The translations under genes were made by a program, and so were the position numbers. Source: Octopus vulgaris (Eukaryota). From it: 64,000 bases of DNA. The notes below the pieces were generated by a model. The model saw nothing but the letters and a program-made list of their open reading frames with translations. It made no database searches and was not told where the DNA came from. This document shows positions 26,237 through 39,519 of the stretch, in pieces (position 1 is the stretch's first letter; every line of letters begins with the position of its first letter). The stretch covers positions 10,478,001 to 10,542,000 of the forward strand of contig OX597820.1 of the NCBI GenBank assembly GCA_951406725.2, in the 5' to 3' direction.

Positions 26237-28040
26237 ATTTGTATATATATATATGTATATATGTATATATGTATATATATATATGTATATATGTATATAT
26301 GTATATATATATGTATATATATATGTATATATATATATATGTATATATATATATGTATCTATATATATATATGTATATATATGTATACATATATATACAT
26401 ATATAACTTTATGCATGTCTTTGTGTATTTATATATATATATATATATATACATACATGCATTGGGTTTATGTAATCAATGTATCCAACCAAACAGTAAG
26501 GTGTAGAATGTAAGCATGTAATGTAAATGGAAATATGTGTGCACTGTTTGTCTGTGTGTGAATTGGTGCAGAGGCCTGGCTGCATTGTTTTCTTTTTAAT
26601 CAAGAAGTCACGGATTTGATCCCACTGCGTGTCTTCTGGCGTTGCTTGGAGTCGACCTAATCTATTTGAGTGAAGTGAGTACACGGAAGTCCATTAGACG
26701 GCCTATACAGGTAATTCAATGGATTGCGCATATGTAAATGAAAGTCTTGTAAAGCACTGGCATCGTGATGCTACTGTCTGAGAGTAACTGGAAGGCTGGA
26801 AGTGCTTGTGTAGGAAATAGATGCGTAATAATTCAATGTGTGGCCAGTTCGTTCGATAGAAGTATTTCAATGTTCAGAATTTGGTTCAGACGTACACAAT
26901 CACACTCTCATACTCTCTCTCTCTCTCTACCCCTCTGTACCCGTCTCTCTCTCCCCCTCTCCCCTACCCCTTTCTCCCTCTCTACCCCTCTCTCACTCAG
27001 ATACATATTTACACGCAGAGATCCACATGTACGTGTCTGAGTAATGGATGGTAGTGTGGCACACGTATGCATATAGTCAAATTGCATTAACCATATGCAT
27101 CAACACACGAGTTAAAATACAGATGCCGATACACATCCAGACGCATACACATTCTCACTCACTCACACACTTGTATACACACAAACACACCAAGAGACGA
27201 TAAATTGAAACACACAAAAATACATACTTATATATGTGTATGTAATAGACGATATATAGATACACCCGCGTATAGTAAACTGCACTACTTTCATACAACA
27301 CGCATATATTTTAAAATATATTTATCGGTTCACATTGAGATACGCATGTTAACATCTATTCAGTTACTCATCTCTATCTTCTGGGGATTTATTTTGCCTT
27401 CAGCAGAAATGGTAATTATTTCTTTCTGGTTAAAAAAATTTCACGATACCTACCATGTTTATTACTTTCATTTACACCGTGTTCTACATCATATATTCTC
27501 GTTTCGCCTTCTTTTATTTCTTCCTTTCCACCATTTCTTCTTCTCTCGTTCTACTATACTTTCTGTTCTTATTTCTTTCGATGTTCTATTAATTTTCACC
27601 CAAAACGATGCACGCTAAGATGGCGTCAGCTACAGTAAGTTTGAATAAAATAAAATATAGAGATAAAATTGCAATCACATATATTACTTTTGAAAAAAGA
27701 AAATAAGTTTCATGGCATTGAATTTACTTGGTTTACTATGACACACTGACGAATGGTGGATTTTAGTTCATGAAAAATGGATGAAACATGTAGTGTTAAG
27801 TAAACTTTTGAAAATTTATGAGTAATAAAACTTAGAATATAATGCGAAATAAACATCGGAGATGCTTTATTCGACGCAGAAACTGCAAGAACCAATAAGA
27901 AGAACTGTAAGCTCTTTTGAATTTATTGCAATGTCGGAAACACTTTCGTATAATCAGTAAGTATACCAGGGTCACAAGCGTTTCGCTTCCAAAACTGTAC
28001 GCTACACCTGAATAGGAATGGTAAGGGTTCCACCTGCAGT

Positions 28041-28431
28041 CAGGGCCGGCCTTAAGCCAATTGGACCGATTGCTCCCCATCGGGCGCCGCGCCTAAGGGT
28101 ATCCCGCGCTCAAGGGGACCACATCATATAGTGCGAAATATCATGAAGGTGTTCTCCTTGGAGTTAAAATAAATTCCAAAAAAAATAATACTTAAAAAAA
28201 AAACATACTTTTTACACTTTAGCGACACAAGATAGCAAAAGATAAACCCATTCAGCCAAAATTGCTTGGGCCAGCCTTGCTTGTAGTTTTCGTGTAAGGG
28301 TCAATTGTGTGTATGTGAATGTTTGGGAGTGTTTACGAGCATGATTGGATAAAATATTTCAGTGTATGTGAGAGTATTATGAAAGAGTATGGCGAATTTT
28401 ATGTATATATGTGTGCGTATGTTTGCGCGTG

Positions 28432-28487
<56 letters not shown>

Positions 28488-28897
28488 AGTGCGTGTGTGT
28501 GCAAAAACTAAAACTAAAATGTTAAAAGCAAAGGGCTAAATGTGTGTGAAAGAATTCAGTACTCAGTATTTTGGCCACAGCAATTTCTGTCAGAGAGACA
28601 TGGTTACACAAAGGTTAAAAGTTCAATTATTTTTTATAGTGGTTTGGTTTGGTTGAGTGGTTGAGGTCTTTGTATTTGAGTGAATGTATGCATAGGTATG
28701 TTTATGCTTTTATGAGTTTAACACCCAACTCGACTTCGGTGGGAATTAATGCTATTTCCTCGTATTTTTGTTGTTGTTTTTTTTGCTTGCAACTAATCTC
28801 ACTTAATATGCCGCAAATGACTTTTCAACGTAAATCAGAGGGGAATGGCGTCGGGTAGACCTTCGGAAACCCCTCGCACCTCCTAAGACCGGCCCTG
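28041..28897. mobile_element. hAT-like non-autonomous DNA transposon
   Basis: TIRs CAGGGCCGGCCTTA / TAAGACCGGCCCTG. The flanks CCTGCAGT / CCTTCGAT match 5/8, a possible old TSD. Confidence 0.6.
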
Positions 28898-29064
28898 CCT
28901 TCGATTTCCTTTCAACCATAGCCACTTTGCTCTGGTTTCAGCTACCACGCCTTATATTCTTGGTGGTTGTCTTTAACAATTTGTGTGCCAGACGAATCTT
29001 TTGCAGCAGTAAATAGCGACTTTGAGTAAACTGTCATCTCCTAGCCACAATCTAGTTATACTTA

Positions 29065-29448
29065 CTCGTTTACTTGTTTCAGTAATTTGAGTACGGCCAT
29101 ATTGAGGCACTGCCTTCAAGGATTTATATTCGAAGAATCGACCCCAGGTTTTATTTTTCTTAAAGCCTGGTATTTATTCTATCGGTCTCCTCTGCTGAAA
29201 TGCTAAGTTACGAATATATAAGCCCACCAACACCGGTTGCCAATCAGTGGTGCGAACAAACGTAGACACAAAGACACACACACATACATATATAACGAGC
29301 TTCTTTTAGTTTCCGTCTACCAAATCCACTCACATCTTTGGTCGGCCAGACGCTATAATAGCAAGCACTTGTACAAAGTGCCACGCAGTAGAACTGAACC
29401 TGGAACCATGTGGCTTGGAAGCAAACTTCTTACCACACAGCCACGCCT
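29065..29448 (-). mobile_element. SINE family A, diverged
   Basis: Reverse-complement match. Confidence 0.78.
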
Positions 29449-29770
29449 TTTATTTCTGGATGAAATATTGTGTTTTCTTTCCCCTTTATACAAATTTAAC
29501 CCGAACACCCTGTATCTATTTATCCTTAGAATGCCATTCAAAGCGGGATTAATATTTCGGATCATGTCGATGATAAATGATGATGTAAATTATCTCAGTA
29601 ATTTTTCACTGGCACAGGCATAATATTTTAATTGAAAATGTGTGTACATGCATATCAGAATATCTTCATATGTATGTTACTGAGCATATGCATAGGTGTA
29701 TATTTGTCGCATTCAACGTTTTGTAGTAATTTAAATGTTCTAGATTGATTTTATACTTTATATGCATAAC

Positions 29771-30069
29771 GATAAACGTCGCCCCTTTCAAGCGTAGCCA
29801 GGCTCATGGGCCCGGTTTCCCGGTTTCTGTGGCATATATGTTCCCCCCAGCTGGACGTGACGCCAATCCATCGCAGCGTTACTCAAGAAACAGGAAGAGA
29901 GAGTGAGAGAAAGTTGTGGCGAAAGAGTACAACAGGGGTCGCCCACCCCACCGCTGCCGGACCCTCGTGGAGCTTTTTTTTTTTAGGTGTTTCTGCTCAA
30001 TAAACTCACACAAGGACCGGTCTGGGAATCGAAACCGCGATCCTCCGACCGCGAGTCATTGCGCCTCCC
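29771..30069 (-). mobile_element. SINE family B2 (same head as B1, different 3' half)
   Basis: 18-bp TSD ATACTTTATATGCATAAC at 29753-70 and 30070-87. Related copies lie at 11840-12105(+), 21432-21720(-, TSD CAAGTAAGT) and 62925-63105(-), with diverged copies at 4350-4570(-) and 23310-23565(+). Confidence 0.82.
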
Positions 30070-32848
30070 ATACTTTATATGCATAACTTACTAATTTGTG
30101 TGTCAATTCAATCGTTGTTCAGTTTTTCTTTCTATAAAGAGATGCACACACTGTGGTGGCAGAACTAACTGAGGCTCTGCAAATTGCTACAAAAACAACA
30201 TTGTCTACACGATAATATTGAATGTATTGCAGATCATAAGTTATTATATCTCCTCTATTCATTTCTAATTCGGAATGTAGCTAATTCTATGTACCTCAAC
30301 CCCTGATAATGTAGTTACTGAACCTTTTGCCTGCGTCCTTGTTTCATACAACCTTCTCTAACTACAAACATATTTCAGAGACTGAGCCATTTTATACTCC
30401 CTAAAGTTAGAGGTAAATTAAATTAGACCACATCATTAACTTAATAATGGCTCTATCCACGGATATATTTTATTTACATTATAATTTAAAATCTCTTCAA
30501 TAACGTGATTGTTTCTTCTCCATAATTCCATGGGAAAATCACCACGCTTCTCGTTATTTTCTATCAGTTCTTGTTTAATTAAAAATCCTCATCATTATCA
30601 TCATGATAATTATGAACATGGTCGCCATCGGCATCACCTTGATTATCATCAATAATAAAACTGTAATTTTACGGATTATTAACCTCTTATTTAGCGTGAA
30701 TATTCACAATATTTTTTTTTATTTAAACAGCATTCTCATAATTTTCATTTCTATTCGTGATTCGGAATCAGAAGTGAAATCGATCCGAAATCGATCGTTA
30801 TAGAGATATAGATACTGTAAATATAAACTTTAAATATGGGGTTAATACAACGGAAAATTATAACTTTGGAAACTCTTCAGACATTAAGATATTTATTCAA
30901 CTAAAATCATGTTTTGTCGCCTGGTTCATTAAACTGGCATCTGCTGGATTCGTTCGTGTTCGACTCAGCCATGAACTCCTGTGATGTAATGAGATGTGAT
31001 TTCCTCACTGTTTCTTCCATAATTACTTCGTATTTCCTTTGTTTCAATAATTATTGTCAATACAACATTCCCCTTTTATCTTCTTTTACTTGTTTCAGTC
31101 ATCAGACTTGCAGTGATGCTGACAGACGGCTTTGGAGGGGTTCCGTGGAACAAATCCACCCCAGTACTTAGGTTTTAATTTGCTTCTTACCCTATCGGCC
31201 CCTTTTTCTCGTAAACAACACTGGTTTTTAGAACTTGGGACAGAAAATACAGACACACGCACACACACACACACACACAGACACACGTGCACACACACAC
31301 ACACACACAACGTTCCTAACATTTATCTGCCATTTTAATGAATAATTTATTGTTGGTTAATTAATTTCATGTTGGACTATTTGATTTAGAATCGACTCCA
31401 TTCTACATTTCATAATGATACATTTAATTGAAATTATATCTTGGCGAGCAAGTGCACCATACCTAATGATATTGTTAATGGAATACGTAGGTGGTGAGTT
31501 GGCAGAATTGTTAGAGAGTCGAGCGGCATTCTTTTCTGTACTTTACGTTCTGAGTTCAAATTCCGCTGAGACCGATGTTACTTTATTCCTTTCAGGCTTC
31601 ATAAAATTAGCACCAGTCAAGCGGTTGTGTCAATTTACTCGACCAAACACCCCTCCGCAAGTTTGCTCGCCTTCTACCAAGATTTTGAACCATTGCTGAT
31701 AGAATTCCCAACATCTTATATGCGCTATATAATAACATATGGATTTCAGTCTTCGTTCGGAAGTTAAATGAATACGTAGTGATTACCTGTGTTGTTCCGA
31801 TAAAATAGATACCAGTAATAAATTGGGGTAGAATTTTTCGACTACATTCTACCGTTAAAACAAACTGTCATTTTTGTAATATTTGACTTGTGATTAACCA
31901 GAGAAAATTATTACGACGATCACCACCCATCTGACACAAGATCCTGGTGTTACACTAATTTTATTCAATAAATCGATTTAGTTTTATGCCACAAAAATCA
32001 ATAAATAAAACAGTTCCATTTGCAGAACCGTATTTGTATTTATGGTTCTTTTGTTTTTACAGGAAATTAATGCCGTTTAAATATTAAATTTACCATTTCA
32101 ATGCAATGATTCTTTTTTTCAAAAGTGTTATAAATATATATTCTTGTTTACAGGAAACGAAAACAAAATTTATAATGATAACGTTTAAATAATTATGAGA
32201 AAACACAAATCGCTGATTAATTCCTCTTACACGATTGGTTATAAGACAGACTACACTTTGGCAATTACTATTCACAGGAGATTCGTAAATTTGTATAAAA
32301 TTCAAAACAAAACAATGAACTGAAATATGCAACTTTTATAAACTACAATATAAAAAAATACCCTTGCATTAACGTAAATTACAATTATTTTGAGTAATAA
32401 TTAAAGGTTTTACATAGATTTTCCACATGACTATTTTAGTTCCTCTTGTTACTTCGGCTTTCGGTGTAGGCACGTGACTTCGTGGTCGAGGGTAGTCGGA
32501 TCGAGATCGTTAGGTCGTGTGTTCGATAGCCGGCAGTTCGTTGTGTCTTTCAGAAATAAAAGAATATATTATTTACGTAAATATATATATATTTGTTTAC
32601 TTGTTTCAGTTATTTGACTGCTGCCATGCTGGAACACCACGCCAAAGGATTTTTTACTCGACGAAATCGACCCCAGGACTTATCCTCTGTAACCATAGTA
32701 CTCATTCTATCGGACTCATTTGCCTTACGTGGACGTAAACGCACCAACATCGGTTGTCAAGCGATGGTGACGTGACAATCACAGACACAAAGACACACCA
32801 ACACACACAGATACAGACACACATATACATATATATATATATATATAC

Positions 32849-32902
<54 letters not shown>

Positions 32903-32920
32903 TTATATATACACATACAT

Positions 32921-32973
<53 letters not shown>

Positions 32974-32989
32974 CACATACATACACATA

Positions 32990-33024
<35 letters not shown>

Positions 33025-33042
33025 TTATATATACACATACAT

Positions 33043-33161
<119 letters not shown>

Positions 33162-33186
33162 CATGCATACATATATATATATATAC

Positions 33187-33230
<44 letters not shown>

Positions 33231-33234
<4 letters not shown>

Positions 33235-33992
33235 TAAGTAATTAAGGGTTTAGCAACGATTTGCCTCACCACACACCGAATTTAGAAATAGCAAATTACT
33301 TAGTATTACTTAAACTTTCCTCAAATGGGGCTTTTACATGCCGAAATCTACATGGTGAAATTGATAATTATTCCAAATTAATTAATTTCACCCTACATTA
33401 TTATTGATAACCATATTTCATCTCGGTAGATAACCACAACATCTTGTCTTGGCTGCACGCTGGTAGGAAGGGGCTGGTGACACAGACTTTCATTCACACT
33501 TTGAATTTGGCGATACTAGGAACGGCTTTAGCTCGCTCTGATACTATCAGTTGAGATGGTGTCTTCTAGTACCGCGAAATTTAATATACAATTATTCATA
33601 ATTGTAGTATCCTACGCTGATGAGAAAAGAAGTTGGGTAAGACAGGATTATCTAATTCTTATGCTTTCCTAAAACTTGATTTCGAAACGTACGTCCGTAG
33701 GTGACTTTTTATTGTATGATCGATTGTCGTCATTTTCTTTCTCTCTTGCCTGTCTGTGTTTGCCTTTCAAGTGCTGTGGTTTTACTGAGATCTCCCTTTT
33801 AGTAGAAAGGAATAGCTATAACTCTTTGACTGCTATTTCTAAATTCGGTGTGTGGTGAGGCAAATCGTTGCTAAACCCTTAATTACTTAGTATTACTTAA
33901 ACTTTCCTCAAATGGGGCTTTTACATGCCGAAATCTACATGGTGAAATTGATAATTATTCCAAATTAATTAATTTCACCCTACATTATTACT
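33231..33992 (+). mobile_element. Non-autonomous Penelope-like/retrozyme-like element with HHR, terminal direct repeat and 5' inversion, inserted in (TA)n
   Basis: A 110-bp direct repeat at 33294-33403 recurs at 33881-33990 (period 587 bp). 33231-33293 is the exact reverse complement of 33831-33893. The element has an internal HHR, no ORF, and (TA)n on both flanks. Confidence 0.8.
33611..33701 (+). ncRNA. Type I hammerhead ribozyme, Penelope/retrozyme-like, intact catalytic core
   Basis: Stem I CCTACG (33611-16) pairs with CGTAGG (33696-701). Core CTGATGA is at 33617-23. Stem II is a long imperfect hairpin (33624-83; GAAA/TTTC, AAGTT/AACTT, AGGATTA/TAATTCT). GAAA is at 33684-87, stem III is minimal and palindromic (ACGTACGT), and the GTC triplet is at 33693-95. 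Confidence 0.88.
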
Positions 33993-33993
33993 G

Positions 33994-34024
<31 letters not shown>

Positions 34025-34025
34025 A

Positions 34026-34076
<51 letters not shown>

Positions 34077-34113
34077 AACACATACATACATATATATATA
34101 TATATACATAAAC

Positions 34114-34198
<85 letters not shown>

Positions 34199-34227
34199 CA
34201 TATATATATATATACATATATATATAA

Positions 34228-34303
<76 letters not shown>

Positions 34304-34992
34304 GTATATATATATATATATATATGCCACGGGTTTCTTTCAGTTTCCGTCTACCGAATCCACTCCCAAGTCTTTGGTTGACCCGAGGCCGTAGTTGAGG
34401 ACATATGTGCAAGGTGCCATGCAGTGCACTGAACCAGGAACAATGTGGTTGGGATGCAAGCTTCTTGCCACACAGCCGCGCCTCTAATCTCTTAATGGTT
34501 TCAGTCAGAGACTGAATTTATGCTATAAACAACACTTCACACTAGCTCTTGGCTCCTAAAATTATTAGAATTTCACACACCGTTAATAAGTATTAAACGC
34601 AGATGTATACATTATTTTAGCGGTGCTCGTACGATAGATTGAACGTTTTTACCTGAAAAATATAATACCAAACGTTAAATACTTTCGTGTTAGTCTAGAT
34701 ATGAAGCGACGCCGCTGAGAATAGTAGACACTAGTGTTTGATATGACTTTTATGTATTTCTACTGCATTAATATCATCACTGCTGTTTTAAAGACCTGGA
34801 AATCATTTCCACTATAGCGATTTGAAGAGCCGCCTGGAACTATGAAAATAAAATTATGTTGAAGCACATTGAAAAAACTACTGTGTGTGTGTGTGTGTGT
34901 GTGTGTCTGTGTCTGTGTATGTGTGTGTATGTGTGTGTCCCCTTGAGTTCATATATATGGCACAATATAATCTTTTATAAATGTGTGTATAC

Positions 34993-35380
34993 AGGCGCAG
35001 GAGTGGCTTTCTGGAAAGTAGCTTGCTTCACAGCCACATGGTTCCAGGTTCAGTCCCACTGCGTGGCACCTTGCGCAAGTGTCTTCTACTAGAGCCTCGG
35101 GCCGACCAATGCCTTGTGAGTGGATTTGGTAGACGGAAACTGAAAGAAGCCCGTCGTATATGTATATATATGTGTGTTTGTGAGTCTGTGTTTGCCCCCC
35201 CCCCCCACATCGCTTGACAACCGATGCTGATGTATTTACGTCCCCGTAAACTAGCGGTTCGGCAAAAGAGACCGATAGAATAACTACTAGGCTTACAAAG
35301 AATAAGTCCTGGTTCGATTTGCTCGACTAATGGCGGTGCTCCAGCATGGCCGCTCTCAAATGACTGAAACAAGTAAATAA
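34993..35380 (+). mobile_element. SINE family A
   Basis: Full-length match. Confidence 0.85.
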
Positions 35381-35528
35381 AAAATCAGATTTAAGATTGA
35401 ATCCAATTTTATAATAAAATATTATATTATAATAAATTAGAGACAAAACCACTATTATGCAAATCAAACAAAGAAAGACTTAAGCCAATACATAAAAAAT
35501 TTATATAATTAGAATTTAACAAATGAAT

Positions 35529-35580
35529 AACCACTACGATCGTTTCGTGTCAGCACATCTTAGACATTCTTCAGGTTGTT
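35529..35580 (-). ncRNA. Hammerhead ribozyme motif (CTGAAGA core, palindromic stem III)
   Basis: Minus strand reads AACAAC-CTGAAGA-ATGTC TAAGATGTGCT GACAC-GAAAC GATC GTA-GTGGTT, with the stem III palindrome ACGATCGT. Confidence 0.7.
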
Positions 35581-35776
35581 TCTAAACCTAAAATATAAAA
35601 TATAATCAATATTTTTACGATATAAATATCTACATAATCTAAATAAACTCTATTATTAAATATGATTATCGAAATAATGTTAAATATTAACTTTAATTTA
35701 TAAGGTAGAAAATCCATATGCTAATATCCATTTTAGTCTATATCTACTTATATAGATATTTGAAATAACTAATTTA

Positions 35777-35830
<54 letters not shown>

Positions 35831-35831
<1 letters not shown>

Positions 35832-36080
35832 GTCTTCCCTTCTCTGGATCTTTCCTTCTCCTATGTTTATAGTCCTTAATCCAAACAAGAAAGCACAAAA
35901 AAAACACAACAACGCGAGGACGTGGAACAAATATAGTATTATTGGACGCTCAGGGAAGAAGGAAAGAAGGAGGGTTTAACGTTTCGAGCGGAGCTCTTCG
36001 TCGGAAACATAGGAGAAGGAAAGATCCAGAGAAGGGAAGACAGAGGAAAAAAAATCGCCAACGGTACACACGAGGTCACA
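35831..36080 (-). mobile_element. HHR-bearing mini-element with 38-bp inverted repeat next to (TA)n
   Basis: 35831-35868 is the exact reverse complement of 36005-36042. HHR at 35974-36008; abuts (TA)n. Confidence 0.55.
35974..36008 (-). ncRNA. Minimal hammerhead motif (variant core CCGACGA)
   Basis: Minus strand reads GTTT-CCGACGA-A-GAGC TCC GCTC-GAAAC GTT-AAAC. Confidence 0.6.
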
Positions 36081-36082
36081 TG

Positions 36083-36305
36083 CAGTAATTCCTCGACTAC
36101 CATGAGTATTACGTTCCAAAAGCCCCCACGATAGGTGAAAATCCGCGAAGTAGAAACAGTTCTGTACGGTGTATTTTTTCAATAATTTTTATACTGTGTA
36201 TATGTTTATTTTATTATAAATGCAAATCAACACCACAGGGGAATCTACGTAAGCTTAAATAAAAATACCGCGATAGGTGAACCGCGATACGGCGAGGGAT
36301 TACTG
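36083..36305. mobile_element. Tigger/pogo-like MITE
   Basis: Ends CAGTAATTCCTCG...CGAGGGATTACTG, with an internal repeated CGATAGGTGAA. Confidence 0.7.
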
Positions 36306-37344
36306 TGTGTATATGTGTTTCTTTGTCTCCTCTTGTATCAGAGTTGTGTATATTTATTCTCTAAAGTGTGTATGGCTTGAGCTGACGTATATGTGTGTGT
36401 CTTTACATACACATAGAAACAAAATGAAATGTATTGATTCAGTTTGGTCTTCATAATACACATTGATAAACATCCTCGGTACAGCCTCATTGATTCTCGT
36501 TATACATTTTAAACGACATTATAATCTTTTTAATTTTCCATTATAATTCCATTCACACCTAAGATGCATAATAAGAATTTTAAATCGAACCAAATACTTG
36601 ACTGGTACTTTATTCGATTTACCAAATTTAACCTCGATATCATTAAAATTCACAACATGGTGTCGATTGTAACTAATTACCACAGCAATTTCGTTCTACT
36701 TTCTAATTATTGTGTCAGTGTATTGATTAGATCTTATTTATTTTTTTTAGGGTAAATTATGAAAAAGGATAAAAAATATAAATTAAAAGTACACTTAAAG
36801 AGATTCCGAAGAAACTAGTGTTGGCCTGTATCGGTAAAAGTCATTAAACAAAATCTGTAAAGTTGAAGAAGTCCGTATGAAATAAGATGAGAGGATTAAC
36901 GTTTCGATGAAGCTTCCTCCAAGCAACCGAAAGAAATAAAAAATATTCAAGTGTATCGATTTGTAATGAACAAATACGTTTTGATGAATGTGTGATAACG
37001 AGAAAAGAATATGAAGGAAAGAAGGCTGGTAAACAAGGGGAGAAGGGTTGGTGAAGAAATTAATATGAAAAGCGGTAAAGTGAAGGCACGAGGCGGGAAA
37101 AGATTATTATACAAACAGAAAAAGACGCTACAAGGTCTTAATGGATTAATCAAAGGGTGGTAATTACGACCGTACACACATATCTAAATATATACATACA
37201 TAAGAGCTTGTATACCAAGCATGTGCAAATCCCAGACTTGGAAATTTAAAATATCTTGATAGGATATTTTATTCATTCTTTAAGCAATGGAATTATGCAG
37301 CTACTATTTATGAGAAAAGAAAGGTTTAACTTTCTAATAATAAT

Positions 37345-37715
37345 AGGTGTATCTGTGTGGTAAGAAGCTTCTTTGCCTGCCATATGGTTCCGGGTTCAGG
37401 CCCGCTGCGTGACACGTTGGGTCTTCCTCGCGCCGAGTGAATTTTGTTGACAGAGACTGGGAGAAGCCCGTGGTATACACACACATATATATATATACAT
37501 ATATATATATATGTTTGTGTGTCTGTCACCCCGCCATCGCTTGGAAACCGATGCTAGTGCGATTATATCCCCGTAACTTAAGCTTAACAGGACGATAGAA
37601 TAAGTACTAGGCTTACAAAGAATAAGTTTTGGGGTCGATTTCTGCGACTAACACCCTTTAAGGCTGTGCTCCAGCATGGCCGCAGTGAAATGACTGGAAG
37701 AAGTACAAAAATAAA
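37345..37715 (+). mobile_element. SINE family A, diverged
   Basis: Match with deletions. Confidence 0.72.
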
Positions 37716-37794
37716 AGAATAAAAAGATAAATAATGATAATAATAATAATAATAAGAATAATAATAATAAGAAGAATGATAAAATAAAATTAAT

Positions 37795-38340
37795 AAGAAT
37801 AAAATGCAGATTATGTGGAAAAGATGACCGATGTATTAAACACTTCTTGAATGAATACAGTAATCTAGAGCAAAAAGAATATAAGTGTGGACATGACTGA
37901 GTAGACAAACAAGTGCTGGGGATGTTAGCCCAATACATGGCTTCAAAATAGCAGAAAATGGTATGAACACGAGCCAGAGGATGTGATATAGAATAAGAAT
38001 TACATGATTTTATGAGATTTCCCCATCAAGAACGACCATACTATTAAAACAAGACCAGATATGATTATAGACGACGAAAGCAATTAGTGTCAGATTGTAG
38101 ACTTTACAAAATCGAACGATGAGAAACTGGATACCATAGAAACGAACAAAAAATTAGGAATGTCATAATCTGACCAATGAGGATGAAGAATTTGTCTAAG
38201 ACATAGACGACAATTATCCCCGTGGTAAATGGTACGTTTGGCACAGAACTCAAACTATTTAATAGTCTGAAAAATATTGGAATTGAGAACCATGTGGTCC
38301 ATCTGTATTCTGCAAAATATCTTTTCTTGAGATTTCAGGA
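37795..38340 (+). mobile_element. R4/Dong-like non-LTR retrotransposon fragment (zinc knuckle plus restriction-like endonuclease), decayed
   Basis: Conceptual translation KCRLCGKD..IKHFLNEYSNLEQKEYK.GHD, KWYEHEPEDVI*N..MIL*DFPIKNDHTIKTRPDMII. It is adjacent to (AAT)n-rich sequence. Confidence 0.75.
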
Positions 38341-38404
38341 GATTTGCTGTTAATCACAACAGCATTCCTGCTAATATAGTATCATATTCTTTTTTGTTTT
38401 TAGT

Positions 38405-38644
38405 CTTTTACGTGTTTCAGTCAATTGACTGCGGCCATCCTGGGACACCGCCTTTAGTCGAACAAATCCACTCTACGACTTATTCTTTGTAAGCCTAGTA
38501 CTTATTCTATAAGTCTCTTTTGCCGAACCCCTAGGTAACGGGGACGTAAACGCACAAATATCGGTTGTCAAACAAGGGTGGGGCGACAAACAGACCCAAA
38601 AATACTTATACATATAAACGGAACCTAAAAGAAGCCCGCCGTAT

Positions 38645-38688
<44 letters not shown>

Positions 38689-38860
38689 ATATATATACAT
38701 ATATACGACGGGCTTTTAGGTTTCGTCTAATAAATCAACTCACAAGGATATGGTCGGCCCGAATCTATAGTAGAAGACACTTGCCCAAGGTGCCACGTAG
38801 TGGGACTGAACCTGGAACCATGTGGTTGGGAAGCAAGCTTCTTACCACGCAGGCACGCCT
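38405..38860 (-). mobile_element. SINE family A
   Basis: Reverse-complement match. Confidence 0.8.
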
Positions 38861-39519
38861 TCACACACACACACTCACACACATATATATATACATACAC
38901 ACACACACAAACATATATATATATTTGTGTATGTGTGTGTTTGCGCGCGCGTGTATGCGTGAATAGGCGTCTATATGCATGTATGTGCGTTTGTAATAGA
39001 CATACCTGAAATCATATTAATGTAAATGGGAAGGAAAAATAAATGTAGCTATAGAGGAAAGACAGTGTGTGTGTGTGTGTATGTGTGTGTGTGTGTAGGA
39101 AGTGAGAATAAGTGTGTATTTGAATGCGCATGTCCCTAATAATGCTAAAGAAATTGACAATATATAAAGCAAATTAGGAAAATGAACATGATTCATTGGC
39201 GCTTATTGGAGAAGCTGTGCCAATCTATCCTTATTAAATTATCAACGGATTCGCTGAGTTCGGTTTTATCAAATTTGATTTTCAACCTGTTTTTGTGATG
39301 TTTTTCTCTTAGGGATTATGTTGTGTTGCTTTTCCTTCACCAACCTAATTAAAACGTTTTAAAACACTGCGTAGAAGACAACTCTAGACGAAGTCAAGTT
39401 GATGGAGTGATTCTGTTCCCTTCCCAGTGGATTTTCATTTTGTAGTATTTCTTAACGATCCTTCAACAACGGGTATTCTATTAAGTGAAAGTCGTCTTGT
39501 TAAGTAGCTTTTATCAAGA

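Noticed and set aside
36893-36930. GAAACGTT on the minus strand in a context like the 35974 motif
   Set aside because: The CTGANGA half and stem II are too degraded to call.
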